This document shows positions 47,464-55,814 of a DNA stretch of 64,000 bases, piece after piece. The DNA comes from Candidatus Saccharimonadales bacterium (GTDB taxonomy: Bacteria > Patescibacteriota > Saccharimonadia > Saccharimonadales > JBGSXW01), in contig JBGSXW010000005.1 of assembly GCA_041751215.1 (NCBI GenBank), forward strand, positions 67,664 through 131,663, in the 5' to 3' direction. The notes beneath the pieces were generated by a model. That model saw only the letters and a list, made by a program, of their open reading frames with translations, had not been told where the DNA came from and searched no databases. Within the stretch, counting starts at the first letter, position 1; each line of letters starts with the position of its first letter. Both the position numbers and the translations under genes were made by a program.

Positions 47464-47630
47464 TGGCGGAGAGGGAGGGATTGGGCTAACGCCCCGTTTC
47501 CTCGCGTGCTCTCCGCCTAAGGCGGATGTGTGCGCTCGTTACGACCGCACCCCTTTTGCTACGCAAAAGAAGGGTTCGAATGACTATCCACTGCCAGTCT
47601 GCATAGCCCGCTTACGCAGGCCATCCAGAC
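47464..47630 (-). repeat. tRNA-Ser-associated element, copy 2
   Basis: The same 19-bp fragment (47464-47482) plus the 148-bp core (47483-47630), abutting tRNA-Ser(GCT). Here the 19 bp exactly repeats the tRNA's own T-loop-to-CCA end (47631-47649). Confidence 0.85.
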
Positions 47631-47723
47631 TGGCGGAGAGGGAGGGATTCGAACCCTCGCAGGAGATTGCTCCCCTCTAACGATTTAGCAAACCGTCCCC
47701 TTCAGCCTCTTGGGTACCTCTCC
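47631..47723 (-). tRNA. tRNA-Ser(GCT)
   Basis: Reverse complement GGAGAGGTACCCAAGAGGCTGAAGGGGACGGTTTGCTAAATCGTTAG...GAGGGTTCGAATCCCTCCCTCTCCGCCA. Anticodon loop TTGCTAA, long variable arm, encoded CCA. Confidence 0.9.
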
Positions 47724-47772
47724 TCGCACGCTGACCTCAGTTGCAACAGCTCATATTGTAGCATGCGAAGGT

Positions 47773-48432
47773 TTAGCGTCGAAGCGCAAAAACAACTACG
47801 TCAACATGTTTCGCTCCCTGACGACGCAACAACTTTGAGCAGGCGTATACCGTAGCGCCCGTAGAGATTACATCGTCAACTAGTAAAATCTGTTTTCCGC
47901 TCAGGTTTGCATTGCATTTGTAGCTCATGGCAGCCTGCTTCTGCCTCTGTTGTCTGCTCGAACCCACCTGTCTACTAGAGCCGGTTCTATGAAGCAATCG
48001 ATAGCAAGGAAGCTTTAGCTCGTGTGCCAACGATCTGGCTAGTAGTTCTGCTTGATCGTAACCACGCTGTCGCACACGCTTTTTTGCGGTTGGAACAAAT
48101 GTAACCCCGTAGTAGCTCGCATCTGTGTATGCGGCCATCTCTCTAGACATAGCTTTAGCTGCAGCACGAGCGTGCTTAAATTTTAAGCTCGCAACTAGTG
48201 TTGCCGCCACTTCTTGGTAGCTACAGGGCGCAATGACAGCCCTCGGACCTTGGTCGCGCCGACACGACCGGCAAACTCGCCAGTTATTTGAGAGCGAGTT
48301 ACAGCGCCAACAAGTTGGATGACGGCAAGGGAGCCTGGCTCGGCAGTCCGAACACAATATAGCGCCAACCTTCTCGCAAGCTAGGCATTTATGGGGAGCG
48401 AACAGATTGACGACGTTATCAAAAAAATACAT
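47773..48432 (-). CDS. comFC: ComF-family phosphoribosyltransferase-like competence protein
   Basis: 219-aa ORF. N-terminal Cys4-type pairs (CLACE...CSDC, CWRC...CRSC) and a PRT-type motif ILLVDDVISTGATV. Confidence 0.85.
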   Translation of the reverse strand: MYFFDNVVNLFAPHKCLACEKVGAILCSDCRARLPCRHPTCWRCNSLSNNWRVCRSCRRDQGPRAVIAPCSYQEVAATLVASLKFKHARAAAKAMSREMAAYTDASYYGVTFVPTAKKRVRQRGYDQAELLARSLAHELKLPCYRLLHRTGSSRQVGSSRQQRQKQAAMSYKCNANLSGKQILLVDDVISTGATVYACSKLLRRQGAKHVDVVVFALRR

Positions 48433-48478
48433 AATCCGTGTTGTTTTTTACTCGTTGTCAATACTACAGCGCGGTTGT

Positions 48479-48507
48479 TTGGAATGTGATGAGAAGTTAG
48501 CTATAAT
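48479..48507 (+). promoter_or_regulatory. sigma-70-type promoter upstream of hsp20 leader
   Basis: TTGGAA (48479-48484), 17-nt spacer, TATAAT (48502-48507). Confidence 0.65.
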
Positions 48508-48533
48508 GCTTATTAGCCAATAAAGCAATGGAG

Positions 48534-48689
48534 CCTGCTTAATAATTCGTGTTCAGAGGGGAGCTAGCGACAGATGTCGCCGAAAATAGCTTCAGGCGAG
48601 GCGGCGTATCCTGTGGATACGTTAACGAGCGGAAAGCTATTTGCAGGCAATCTGTAGGTTGCGAAGCCGAACAGGAATTAGTAAGCAGG
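48534..48689 (+). ncRNA. rod-like structured RNA (hsp20 5' leader or independent 6S-like sRNA)
   Basis: A 21-position closing helix pairs 48534-48554 with 48669-48689 (19 of 21 positions pair). Inner 9-bp helix AAATAGCTT (48584-48592) / AAGCTATTT (48634-48642). Apical hairpin CGTATCC-TGT-GGATACG (48605-48621). Side hairpin GCGACA-GAT-GTCGC. Confidence 0.45.
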
Positions 48690-48723
48690 TTCTAAGTGTG
48701 AAGCTAAAGTGGAGGTAGGTTTT

Positions 48724-49185
48724 ATGGCACGAAAACAACAGAAGCCTGAAGACGATCTGTTGATGGACGATGAACTCGCCACAGCATTTTTAGACGATGG
48801 CGATGCAGCTGGCTCTATGCCAGTAGCACAAGATGAAGAGTGGGACGAAGATGATGGTCTGCCTGGTCAGCTAGCCATTGATTTGTATGAGACCAAAGAG
48901 AAGTTGGTTGTTAAGGCTCGGGTTGCGGGTGTTAACAAGAACGATCTCGATGTAAATATTTCTGATAACACCCTGTCTATTCACGGCACTTTGACTTCGG
49001 GTGACGAAGTTGAAGCTGAGAACTATTTTGTTCAAGAGTGTTACTGGGGCGAATTCTCGCGCAGTATTGCTTTGCCTGTACCGGTCAAAGAAGATGAGAT
49101 TGAAGCTGTCCTAAAAGACGGCGTTCTGACCATCTCCTTCACAAAAGTGAAGCAAGACACTGTTAAGAAGATCGAGATCATGTAA
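48724..49185 (+). CDS. Hsp20/alpha-crystallin small heat-shock protein
   Basis: Start at MARKQQ (48724), preceded by GGAGG. Alpha-crystallin core LAIDLYETKEKLVVKARVAGVNKNDLDVNISDNTLSIHG...GEFSRSIALP...AVLKDGVLTISF. Confidence 0.92.
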   Translation: MARKQQKPEDDLLMDDELATAFLDDGDAAGSMPVAQDEEWDEDDGLPGQLAIDLYETKEKLVVKARVAGVNKNDLDVNISDNTLSIHGTLTSGDEVEAENYFVQECYWGEFSRSIALPVPVKEDEIEAVLKDGVLTISFTKVKQDTVKKIEIM

Positions 49186-49205
49186 CACAAACACGTGTTC
49201 AAATG

Positions 49206-49240
49206 AAAAAGCTCCGGGAAACCGGGGCTTTTTCTTTTTG
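49206..49240 (+). terminator. rho-independent terminator of hsp20
   Basis: AGCTCCGG-GAAA-CCGGGGCT hairpin followed by TTTTTCTTTTT. Confidence 0.75.
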
Positions 49241-49703
49241 TCGCTTACCAGCGAGAGGAATTTCCACTTTTTATAAAGTGGCGCAAAACTCTTCACGCAG
49301 TTACCAAAATTGGCTTCTTTGTCGCTATCGCGACGGAGTAATGACGCCTTTTTCAAAAAGGTGTCCCAAAACTCTCCCGCTGCTGTAAAAACACCCATGA
49401 GCCTACTTCATTCAAAACTCGGGCGGCTGCGGAGTTCGTCCGCCAGTTGGGCGGACAGTCCTCGCCGCTCCGGGCCTTGGCTTCGCAAACTCAGAGGTTT
49501 TTACAGAGGCGGGGAGAAATACCGAACATTAACCCTAGTTTTGGCTAATTCTTTTCAGTGATGAAGCACAAGGAAGATACGAGTAGCGGAGCTCAGCTGT
49601 ACATGGAGGGTACTGCTGGCGAGCAACGGAGCATCTAACGATGAGCAGCCAGTGCTCCGCCGGATGGTGGAGGCAGGGCTGCGGTGATTCGTGCTGAAAA
49701 GAG
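49241..49703 (+). repeat. intergenic modular repeat, copy C (full length), between hsp20 and the pilin array
   Basis: Two palindrome submodules (CCACTTTTTATAAAGTGG, GCCTTTTTCAAAAAGGTG), each followed by CAAAACTCT.C.CGC.G. Then TTCAAAACTCGGGCGGCTGCGGAGT...GGACAGTCCTCGCC...GCAAACTCAGAGGTTTTTACAGAGGCGG. The distal module is homologous to 29721-29886. Confidence 0.8.
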
Positions 49704-50105
49704 TTAGCCCTGGAGAGAGGTGAGGACGAAGTTGACTAATGCGTAAGCTAGGAACGAAATAACAATACCAACGATTGCATAAAGAATGGTGTTTTTAGCA
49801 CCCTGGACGGCATTCTGATCACCAGCGGATACGACATAGCGAATTCCACCAATGATTAACATGATCACGGAGATAGCACCGACTACGAAGAGCATAGTGT
49901 TAACGACAGTTTCAAAAATGCTGTTGTCACCAAACAGGTTCTCTTGTGTTGGATCAGGTACGGCACAGTTAAGGCCGCCTTCAATTCCGCCGGCTGCGGT
50001 TTCACAGTTACTTTGTGCTGCCACGCTTCCGACTGACACTAAAGCAGTGGTTGCCCCGGTAGCTGAGGTTATTGCTAGTTGTTTTACTTTTTGATTAATG
50101 GACAT
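49704..50105 (-). CDS. T4SS pilin-like protein (VirB2/TrbC-type), paralog 1
   Basis: 133 aa. Signal-like N-terminus, Cys pair SNCETAAGGIEGGLNC, two C-terminal hydrophobic helices around GGIRYVVSAGDQNAVQGAKNTILYAIVG. Confidence 0.75.
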   Translation of the reverse strand: MSINQKVKQLAITSATGATTALVSVGSVAAQSNCETAAGGIEGGLNCAVPDPTQENLFGDNSIFETVVNTMLFVVGAISVIMLIIGGIRYVVSAGDQNAVQGAKNTILYAIVGIVISFLAYALVNFVLTSLQG

Positions 50106-50180
50106 CTTAGCTCCTTAGAACTTCTTATGGGTTTTAGTATATATCACAGGACTTCATCGGTGCAACAAGCTAGTGGCCTT

Positions 50181-50573
50181 TTATAGTGAATTTATGACAA
50201 AATTCACCAGCGCGTAGGCCAAAAAGGCCACCACTACACCCACTATTGAGTACATGACGGTGTTTTTTGCACCCTGGACTGCATTTGCGTCTCCGCCCGA
50301 CACCGCGTAGCGAATGCCACCGATGATCAGCATAATGACTGATATGCCACCGATCACAAACAACATAACATTAATTATATTTGCAAATATGCTGTCGCTA
50401 CCAAAAAGAGGCGTACTGGCGTTTGTGTTGACGCAAGTATCAACTTTCCAGGTTCCACCGCTACCTCGACAGATCTCCGCTTCTGGTTGAGCAAAAACTT
50501 GGTCCACGGACAGCAAAGCTACTGTTAGAGTAGTGGCCGCAAGTGTTGCACGTTTAGTTAGTCGATTAGTCAT
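50181..50573 (-). CDS. T4SS pilin-like protein, paralog 2
   Basis: 130 aa. Signal-like N-terminus, Cys pair EICRGSGGTWKVDTC, GGIRYAVSGGDANAVQGAKNTVMYSIVG. Confidence 0.75.
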   Translation of the reverse strand: MTNRLTKRATLAATTLTVALLSVDQVFAQPEAEICRGSGGTWKVDTCVNTNASTPLFGSDSIFANIINVMLFVIGGISVIMLIIGGIRYAVSGGDANAVQGAKNTVMYSIVGVVVAFLAYALVNFVINSL

Positions 50574-50583
50574 TTAGGGTTCC

Positions 50584-51000
50584 TTAAATACTATTAATTA
50601 CAAAGTTAACCAGAGTATAGGCCGCGGCCGCGACGATAACGCCAATGACGGCATAGAGGATCGTATCTTTGGCTCCTTGCGTCGCTTGAGCATCTCCACT
50701 AGATAAAACGTAACGAATACCGCCAATCACAATCATTATTACTGATGCAGCACCGACTATGTAAATAAGTACATTTACGATATCAGTAATAACATCCCCG
50801 AGACTTGCAGCACCATCACCACCGGCATCCCTGACCGCATCCTCCGCCTCGCCCTTAAGCGAGTCGTCGACTTGTCCTGGCCCACCAAACGGATTAACTT
50901 GAGCTAGCACAGTGGGCGCTGCGAACAAAGCTAAAGCGCCGAAGTAAGCGGTAAAAATTATCAGGCTGCTAGCAGTAATCATTGATAGTCGTTTAATCAT
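50584..51000 (-). CDS. T4SS pilin-like protein, paralog 3
   Basis: 138 aa. Signal-like N-terminus, no Cys, GGIRYVLSSGDAQATQGAKDTILYAVIG. Confidence 0.75.
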   Translation of the reverse strand: MIKRLSMITASSLIIFTAYFGALALFAAPTVLAQVNPFGGPGQVDDSLKGEAEDAVRDAGGDGAASLGDVITDIVNVLIYIVGAASVIMIVIGGIRYVLSSGDAQATQGAKDTILYAVIGVIVAAAAYTLVNFVINSI

Positions 51001-51002
51001 TA

Positions 51003-51428
51003 TTAGATCCTTTCTAGTACAAACAGTACCAAGCTCTGGGAGACTATAGCAATAGCTACCCCAATTAGCGCATACATGATTGTATCTTTAGCACTCTTAG
51101 TTGACTGCGGGTCTCCACCAGACAAAACATACTTGAGGCCACCGATAACTATAACTACTGTCGATATGGCCGCTATAACATACACTAAGGCTTGAGTAAT
51201 ATTAGTAATGACTCCGTCTGGGCCAACTAGCGGATTGCCTCCGTCGGCTTGGGCTGCCGCATTTTCTTTACAGACAGCTGGCAGGTTGTCTGGATCGGCA
51301 GTCTCGCAGGCTGGATCTATGACATCTACAGCTAGGACATCGCTTGTACTAACTGCGAATGAAACCACAGTCAGGCTTGTTAATATTAGTGTTAGTAAGA
51401 GTAGTTTTCTATACATTGTCGAATACAA
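51003..51428 (-). CDS. T4SS pilin-like protein, paralog 4
   Basis: 141 aa. Signal-like N-terminus, Cys pair PACETADPDNLPAVC, GGLKYVLSGGDPQSTKSAKDTIMYALIG. Confidence 0.75.
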   Translation of the reverse strand: MYSTMYRKLLLLTLILTSLTVVSFAVSTSDVLAVDVIDPACETADPDNLPAVCKENAAAQADGGNPLVGPDGVITNITQALVYVIAAISTVVIVIGGLKYVLSGGDPQSTKSAKDTIMYALIGVAIAIVSQSLVLFVLERI

Positions 51429-51723
51429 ATCCCACTATCGTAAAGGCCATAAGTGCCAAAACTAAACCGATAATTGCATACAGTATGGTGTCTTTAGCGC
51501 TTTGAATGCCGCCAGGATCACCCGAGGACGTTACATATTTTAGAGCGCCAATTACTACAAACAATAGGCTTAGCCCGCCGATAACCCCAAAAACAATCTG
51601 TAGAATTGTCTGAACCGCTGACTGGTCGGCAGAGATCATTGGAATTGGCACCTCATCGCCGGTAAATTTGTTAACCTCGTCTTGTATTGCCTGCGCAAAA
51701 CGTATGATTGTGGCGTAAAACAT
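51409..51723 (-). CDS. T4SS pilin-like protein, paralog 5
   Basis: Start probably at Met 51723, 1 nt after the upstream stop (track start 51759). No classical signal peptide and no Cys. GALKYVTSSGDPGGIQSAKDTILYAIIG. Confidence 0.7.
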   Translation of the reverse strand: MFYATIIRFAQAIQDEVNKFTGDEVPIPMISADQSAVQTILQIVFGVIGGLSLLFVVIGALKYVTSSGDPGGIQSAKDTILYAIIGLVLALMAFTIVGFVFDNV

Positions 51724-51724
51724 A

Positions 51725-52096
51725 TTAATTAAACTGTCCTGCAATAAATGATACGACAAGCGTTGCCATTATGGCGACAATCAGACCAATAATAGCGTTG
51801 GTAATAGTATCTCTTGCAGCTTTAATACCATCTGGGCTGCCCTGGCTAGTAACCATTTTAATAGAACCCCAAATTATAAAACCGACAGCAAATAGCGCAC
51901 CGAGTCTAGTTAATATCTCAATAAGGGCTGCCAAGATGAGCCAGATGTCATTAATATTGTTAATCGCTGGTATGCAGGTGTCGCCGAGTTCTAGATACTC
52001 GTACCAGGCCGGAAAATCTAAGACGTTTCCGCCGGAGCCACGACATTCCGCACCGGTTTTTCCAAACTGAGTCACTATATTAGTAGGATCTATCAT
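51725..52096 (-). CDS. T4SS pilin-like protein, paralog 6
   Basis: Start probably at Met 52096, in a TAATG overlap with paralog 7 (track start 52180). Cys pair AECRGSGG...GDTC. GSIKMVTSQGSPDGIKAARDTITNAIIG. Confidence 0.7.
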   Translation of the reverse strand: MIDPTNIVTQFGKTGAECRGSGGNVLDFPAWYEYLELGDTCIPAINNINDIWLILAALIEILTRLGALFAVGFIIWGSIKMVTSQGSPDGIKAARDTITNAIIGLIVAIMATLVVSFIAGQFN

Positions 52097-52584
52097 TATC
52101 CAAATATCCCTCCTGGAACCAACCATTGCAAGAATGCAAACATAAATATGTAGGCAAGTAGCGCAATAACAACGTTCCAAATATGATCTTTGGCGGCGCT
52201 GACTTGTTGTGGGTTGTCCTGCGCCATTATGTATTGTATGCCACTTAAAACTAAAGCAAAAACAATAATTATTCCGATTCCGGCCGCTAGAAATCTACTT
52301 ATGCCCCCGATATAGGCCAGAATTGGGTTGTCATTGTCTGTGCAATTTACATCGACACTTAGCTTAACGTCAGAGGTGCCGCAGTCTGCGCCGTCACGAT
52401 CTATCGGTATACCGCCAAGCTCGCTGTCTTCTGGACTAATAGGGTCGGCCGGAACAGTTGGGTCGGTCTGAGCACTAACAGGTGGGTTGAAATAACTGTC
52501 TGTGACGGTTGCCCCTCCAATACCTATTAATAGCATCGCTAGAAAAAGAGTCTTTGTTAAAATTTTAGTCTGTTTTAATATCAT
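52096..52584 (-). CDS. T4SS pilin-like protein, paralog 7 (most divergent, first in operon)
   Basis: 162 aa. Signal peptide, Pro-rich linker, Cys pair DCGTSDVKLSVDVNC, SGIQYIMAQDNPQQVSAAKDHIWNVVIA. Confidence 0.65.
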   Translation of the reverse strand: MILKQTKILTKTLFLAMLLIGIGGATVTDSYFNPPVSAQTDPTVPADPISPEDSELGGIPIDRDGADCGTSDVKLSVDVNCTDNDNPILAYIGGISRFLAAGIGIIIVFALVLSGIQYIMAQDNPQQVSAAKDHIWNVVIALLAYIFMFAFLQWLVPGGIFG

Positions 52585-52663
52585 ATGGATCTAGATTACC
52601 ACATAAACGCCTCTGTCACTTGAACCCGCGCTTATGCTAAAATAACGAGAAGTGGCAACTGAT

Positions 52664-55600
52664 ATGAAACTACAAAAGATCAAAAAATACCTGCTAGTGC
52701 CGATTGCGGCTATTGTAGTGTCCCAGCTGGCCCTGTCTGCAATCGCACAGGTCGTACCAGACACCTACGATGACGACAACACTACTTACGGCAATGCTGT
52801 TGATGTAGCAAACTTCAAGTTTGATAGGCCCCAACTATACGTTGAGGTGATTCGTAACGACTCAGAAACAGACTACACGTACAAAAAGGGTGCAGGATAC
52901 ACTACTAGGTACGACAACCGAATAATGACCTTCACCTCTGGTAGCAGTCGCCTCACTATGGATGTCTGCAAAATGACGCGAGCCTGGATTTCTAGCAACG
53001 ACGACGAAATATATCAGAAGCCAACTCGCTTTTTCTTCCCAGAGATATCTGATACGGCTGAAGTAAACTACAACCTGCAAGAAGGAAGAGAATGGGCTGA
53101 ATCTCACCAAGCTGCCCTGACTACCTACCATCGGCAGGTTCTTAGCAGTGCCGATATATACAATGAGCGCTGCTTAAACAACGACACTACATACAAAGAT
53201 CTAACTCCACTGCCCAATAGAAAGGTAGACATCAAAGTTGATCTTAATGGCGGAGACTCAGGAGATGGCGAAGATACTGTTATGGCCGAGCACGAACTTA
53301 GTGCTGAACTTCTTCTAGAAAATCTATATCTGTGTTTGTGGCGCGATGGACAAGAAGTTCTTATGTACGATCACAGCACTAGAGCGTGCGGAAAAATTTC
53401 TGGTGTTACGGTTCGCAACATCCTCGACGACGATGACAATACGCAAAAAAACGTATCTATATCTACTCCAGGAGCTCGAACTGGATCCTATGAAGTCTCC
53501 ATTTTAGGACTCGGCCGCACTCGGACCCAAGCGGAGTCCGTAAACTTTGGCAGTACTGGCGACGGCAACAGAAAACACTATGGTGCAGCAAAAGACGATG
53601 ATTTAGACATTGATTTTGCCCATGTATTAAGGGAGGCAAGAACCAGCCCGGACTCATTCCTGGAAAGGGTAGAGGAACACGAAGAAGCAGTTAGGCTAGC
53701 CAACCTTGAGGACGAACTCATAAACACTGGTGACGGTCCTACCGGTAGTCAGTCAGCCGATGTAATTGGCTGCGAAACTGGCTCAGGGCCGCTTGGCTGG
53801 ATTATCTGTCCCATCATCAACGGGCTCGTTAGTGCTGTAGACTGGGTCAGAATTTCAGTTATTGAACCTTCGCTTGAAGTTTCACCGCTTCAGACCGGTA
53901 CCAGCGACGCCACTTATTCAGTCTGGGTACAGATCCGAAACGTAGCCTTTGCCTTGTTGGTTCCGTTGTTTTTGGTAATGATTATGAGTCAGGCACTATC
54001 TTTTGAAGTCTTTGACGCATACACCGTTAAGAGAGCGCTGCCAAGGATTGTGGTGGCGACTATTGGTATTTCGCTTTCTTATTACTTCTGCGCCCTATTA
54101 ATAGACTTCTTCAATGTTCTTGGAGCCGGACTCGACAACCTTGTGCTAAATGCAGTTGCGCAGGCGGGTGGAATTACTATTACCGCCGATAGTATTGCGG
54201 CTAGTGGGTTTGTTAACGTTGCGGCGATTTTGGGCACGACCGGTACGATTTGGTATCTAACTTCCTCTATCGGCGCCTCTATTGGGCTGTTCATGCTAAT
54301 GGTGCTCCTGCCGCTTGTTCTGGGCGTTTTGACGGTATTTATAACTCTAGTCGCAAGGCAAGCGGTTATTTTGCTACTAGTTATGTTATCGCCCTTGGCA
54401 TTCTTGGCCTATATCTTTCCTAGTACTGAAGGGTACTTTAAAACTTGGTACAGCATTTTTTCTAAGACACTATTAATGTATCCGTTAATCATTCTTCTCT
54501 TGATGTCTGGAGGGTTGTTTGCAGCCATAATTACAACTGCTAGCAACAGTCCATTGGCGCAAATTACTGCCATTGTGGCGGTAGCCGCACCAATGTTCTT
54601 GATACCAGCAACATTTAAGATGGCGGGTGCGGCTATGGGGGCAGTGGGCGGAGCATTAACTGGTATGAGTGGGCGAATTAAGGCTCCTCTTACCGATCGA
54701 CGCAACCCCAACTCTGCCTACAACAAACTTAAGGGCAAGCAGCAAGTCGGTCAACAAAGACAGGCTATTAGGTTTATGCGCAATAACGTCAACAACAAGG
54801 GAATTAGAGGTCGAGCCGCCAAGACTATGGCTCGCTGGGGCCCTAACCTTGATATGGCCGAGGGCCGCTTTAACGAAGAGGCTGGCAAGCAGATTGAAGA
54901 TTTGGTTAATAACGGTAAGGACGGCTACGCCTATGCCCTGCTCGGCCTGGATCACGATCCTCGAAACGGCAAGCCGCTTGAAGCCGATGCCATTGAGTAC
55001 GCCAAGCGTAACCACGGCAATACTCACCTGACCCAGGCAGCTTTGTCCTATGCTATGCGTAAGGCCGGCGAAACTGGCCAACTAACCAAGGTCAAGGACG
55101 ATCTAATCGGTCTTGGTCACCGTGTAGGAATGCAGAATTCAGAAATCGATGGAGCTTGGATCGGCGCAGCCTTTAAGAACCAAATGACTCAAGGACAGCT
55201 TAAGCACCAGACTGCACGACCAGATCAAGAGGTTAACCAGATTCTACAGCGCCGTGCGGGTAGCGGACCATACGACTCAAGCTCTACTGGTGTCGCAGCC
55301 TACGGTGTGGGTAAGGCAGATGAGTTTGCTCAAGAAGCCCTGGAAACTAAGGGCTCGTACGCCTTTGCCCAACAGCGAGAGGGCTATTGGAAGGGTCTTG
55401 TAAACGCCGAGCAGCGCGTACAAATGCATAGAGACCTACTAGACTCTGGCGATGCTGAATATATGTCTAAGATGGGCATTAAAAGCGAGGCTGAGCGTAC
55501 TGCCGGCGTGGCATCCGCAGATTCAACTCTGGAGAAATTCACCACACTCAAAGACGGCTTGGCCAGCGAGCTTGCCAGCAGCCCAGGTGGTATTACTGGA

Positions 55601-55810
55601 ACAGCAGATGAAGATGGCATGATGTACACCAAGAGCGGCGCCCCAATTCTAGCCGGCGCGGCTATGCGTGACTTTGTTGGCACCGAGCGACTAGATGCAG
55701 CTCGCGGCAGCACTGGTCGCGGACCCAGAACCCCACCTGGCGGCACTCCACCGCCGACTCTGCCACCCGAACCACCAGCACCTGGCGCCCCTTACAGCTA
55801 CGGGAGTTAA
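52664..55810 (+). CDS. giant VirB6/TrbL-like polytopic T4SS membrane protein
   Basis: The ATG at 52664 gives a signal-like MKLQKIKKYLLVPIAAIVVSQLALSA (the track uses GTG at 52652). About 400-aa ectodomain, about 8 TM helices over residues 430-660, about 380-aa C-terminal soluble region ending in a Pro-rich tail PPGGTPPPTLPPEPPAPGAP. Confidence 0.65.
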   Translation: MKLQKIKKYLLVPIAAIVVSQLALSAIAQVVPDTYDDDNTTYGNAVDVANFKFDRPQLYVEVIRNDSETDYTYKKGAGYTTRYDNRIMTFTSGSSRLTMDVCKMTRAWISSNDDEIYQKPTRFFFPEISDTAEVNYNLQEGREWAESHQAALTTYHRQVLSSADIYNERCLNNDTTYKDLTPLPNRKVDIKVDLNGGDSGDGEDTVMAEHELSAELLLENLYLCLWRDGQEVLMYDHSTRACGKISGVTVRNILDDDDNTQKNVSISTPGARTGSYEVSILGLGRTRTQAESVNFGSTGDGNRKHYGAAKDDDLDIDFAHVLREARTSPDSFLERVEEHEEAVRLANLEDELINTGDGPTGSQSADVIGCETGSGPLGWIICPIINGLVSAVDWVRISVIEPSLEVSPLQTGTSDATYSVWVQIRNVAFALLVPLFLVMIMSQALSFEVFDAYTVKRALPRIVVATIGISLSYYFCALLIDFFNVLGAGLDNLVLNAVAQAGGITITADSIAASGFVNVAAILGTTGTIWYLTSSIGASIGLFMLMVLLPLVLGVLTVFITLVARQAVILLLVMLSPLAFLAYIFPSTEGYFKTWYSIFSKTLLMYPLIILLLMSGGLFAAIITTASNSPLAQITAIVAVAAPMFLIPATFKMAGAAMGAVGGALTGMSGRIKAPLTDRRNPNSAYNKLKGKQQVGQQRQAIRFMRNNVNNKGIRGRAAKTMARWGPNLDMAEGRFNEEAGKQIEDLVNNGKDGYAYALLGLDHDPRNGKPLEADAIEYAKRNHGNTHLTQAALSYAMRKAGETGQLTKVKDDLIGLGHRVGMQNSEIDGAWIGAAFKNQMTQGQLKHQTARPDQEVNQILQRRAGSGPYDSSSTGVAAYGVGKADEFAQEALETKGSYAFAQQREGYWKGLVNAEQRVQMHRDLLDSGDAEYMSKMGIKSEAERTAGVASADSTLEKFTTLKDGLASELASSPGGITGTADEDGMMYTKSGAPILAGAAMRDFVGTERLDAARGSTGRGPRTPPGGTPPPTLPPEPPAPGAPYSYGS

Positions 55811-55814
55811 CTAA

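Noticed and set aside
48534-48689. Calling the hsp20-upstream structure SRP RNA, RNase P RNA or tmRNA.
   Set aside because: The hallmark motifs are absent: the SRP domain IV GGAA/AGCAGC loops, the RNase P GAGGAAAGUCC motif, and the tmRNA tRNA-like ends. Only a generic rod-like fold is supportable.
54082-55746. Antisense or alternative-frame ORFs inside the VirB6-like gene (54082..54294, 54409..54711, 54656..55081, 54669..55031, 55384..55746). Similar ones occur inside polA, valS, groEL and the 992-aa gene.
   Set aside because: They are nested in longer ORFs with clear motifs or topology. They have no independent start signals.
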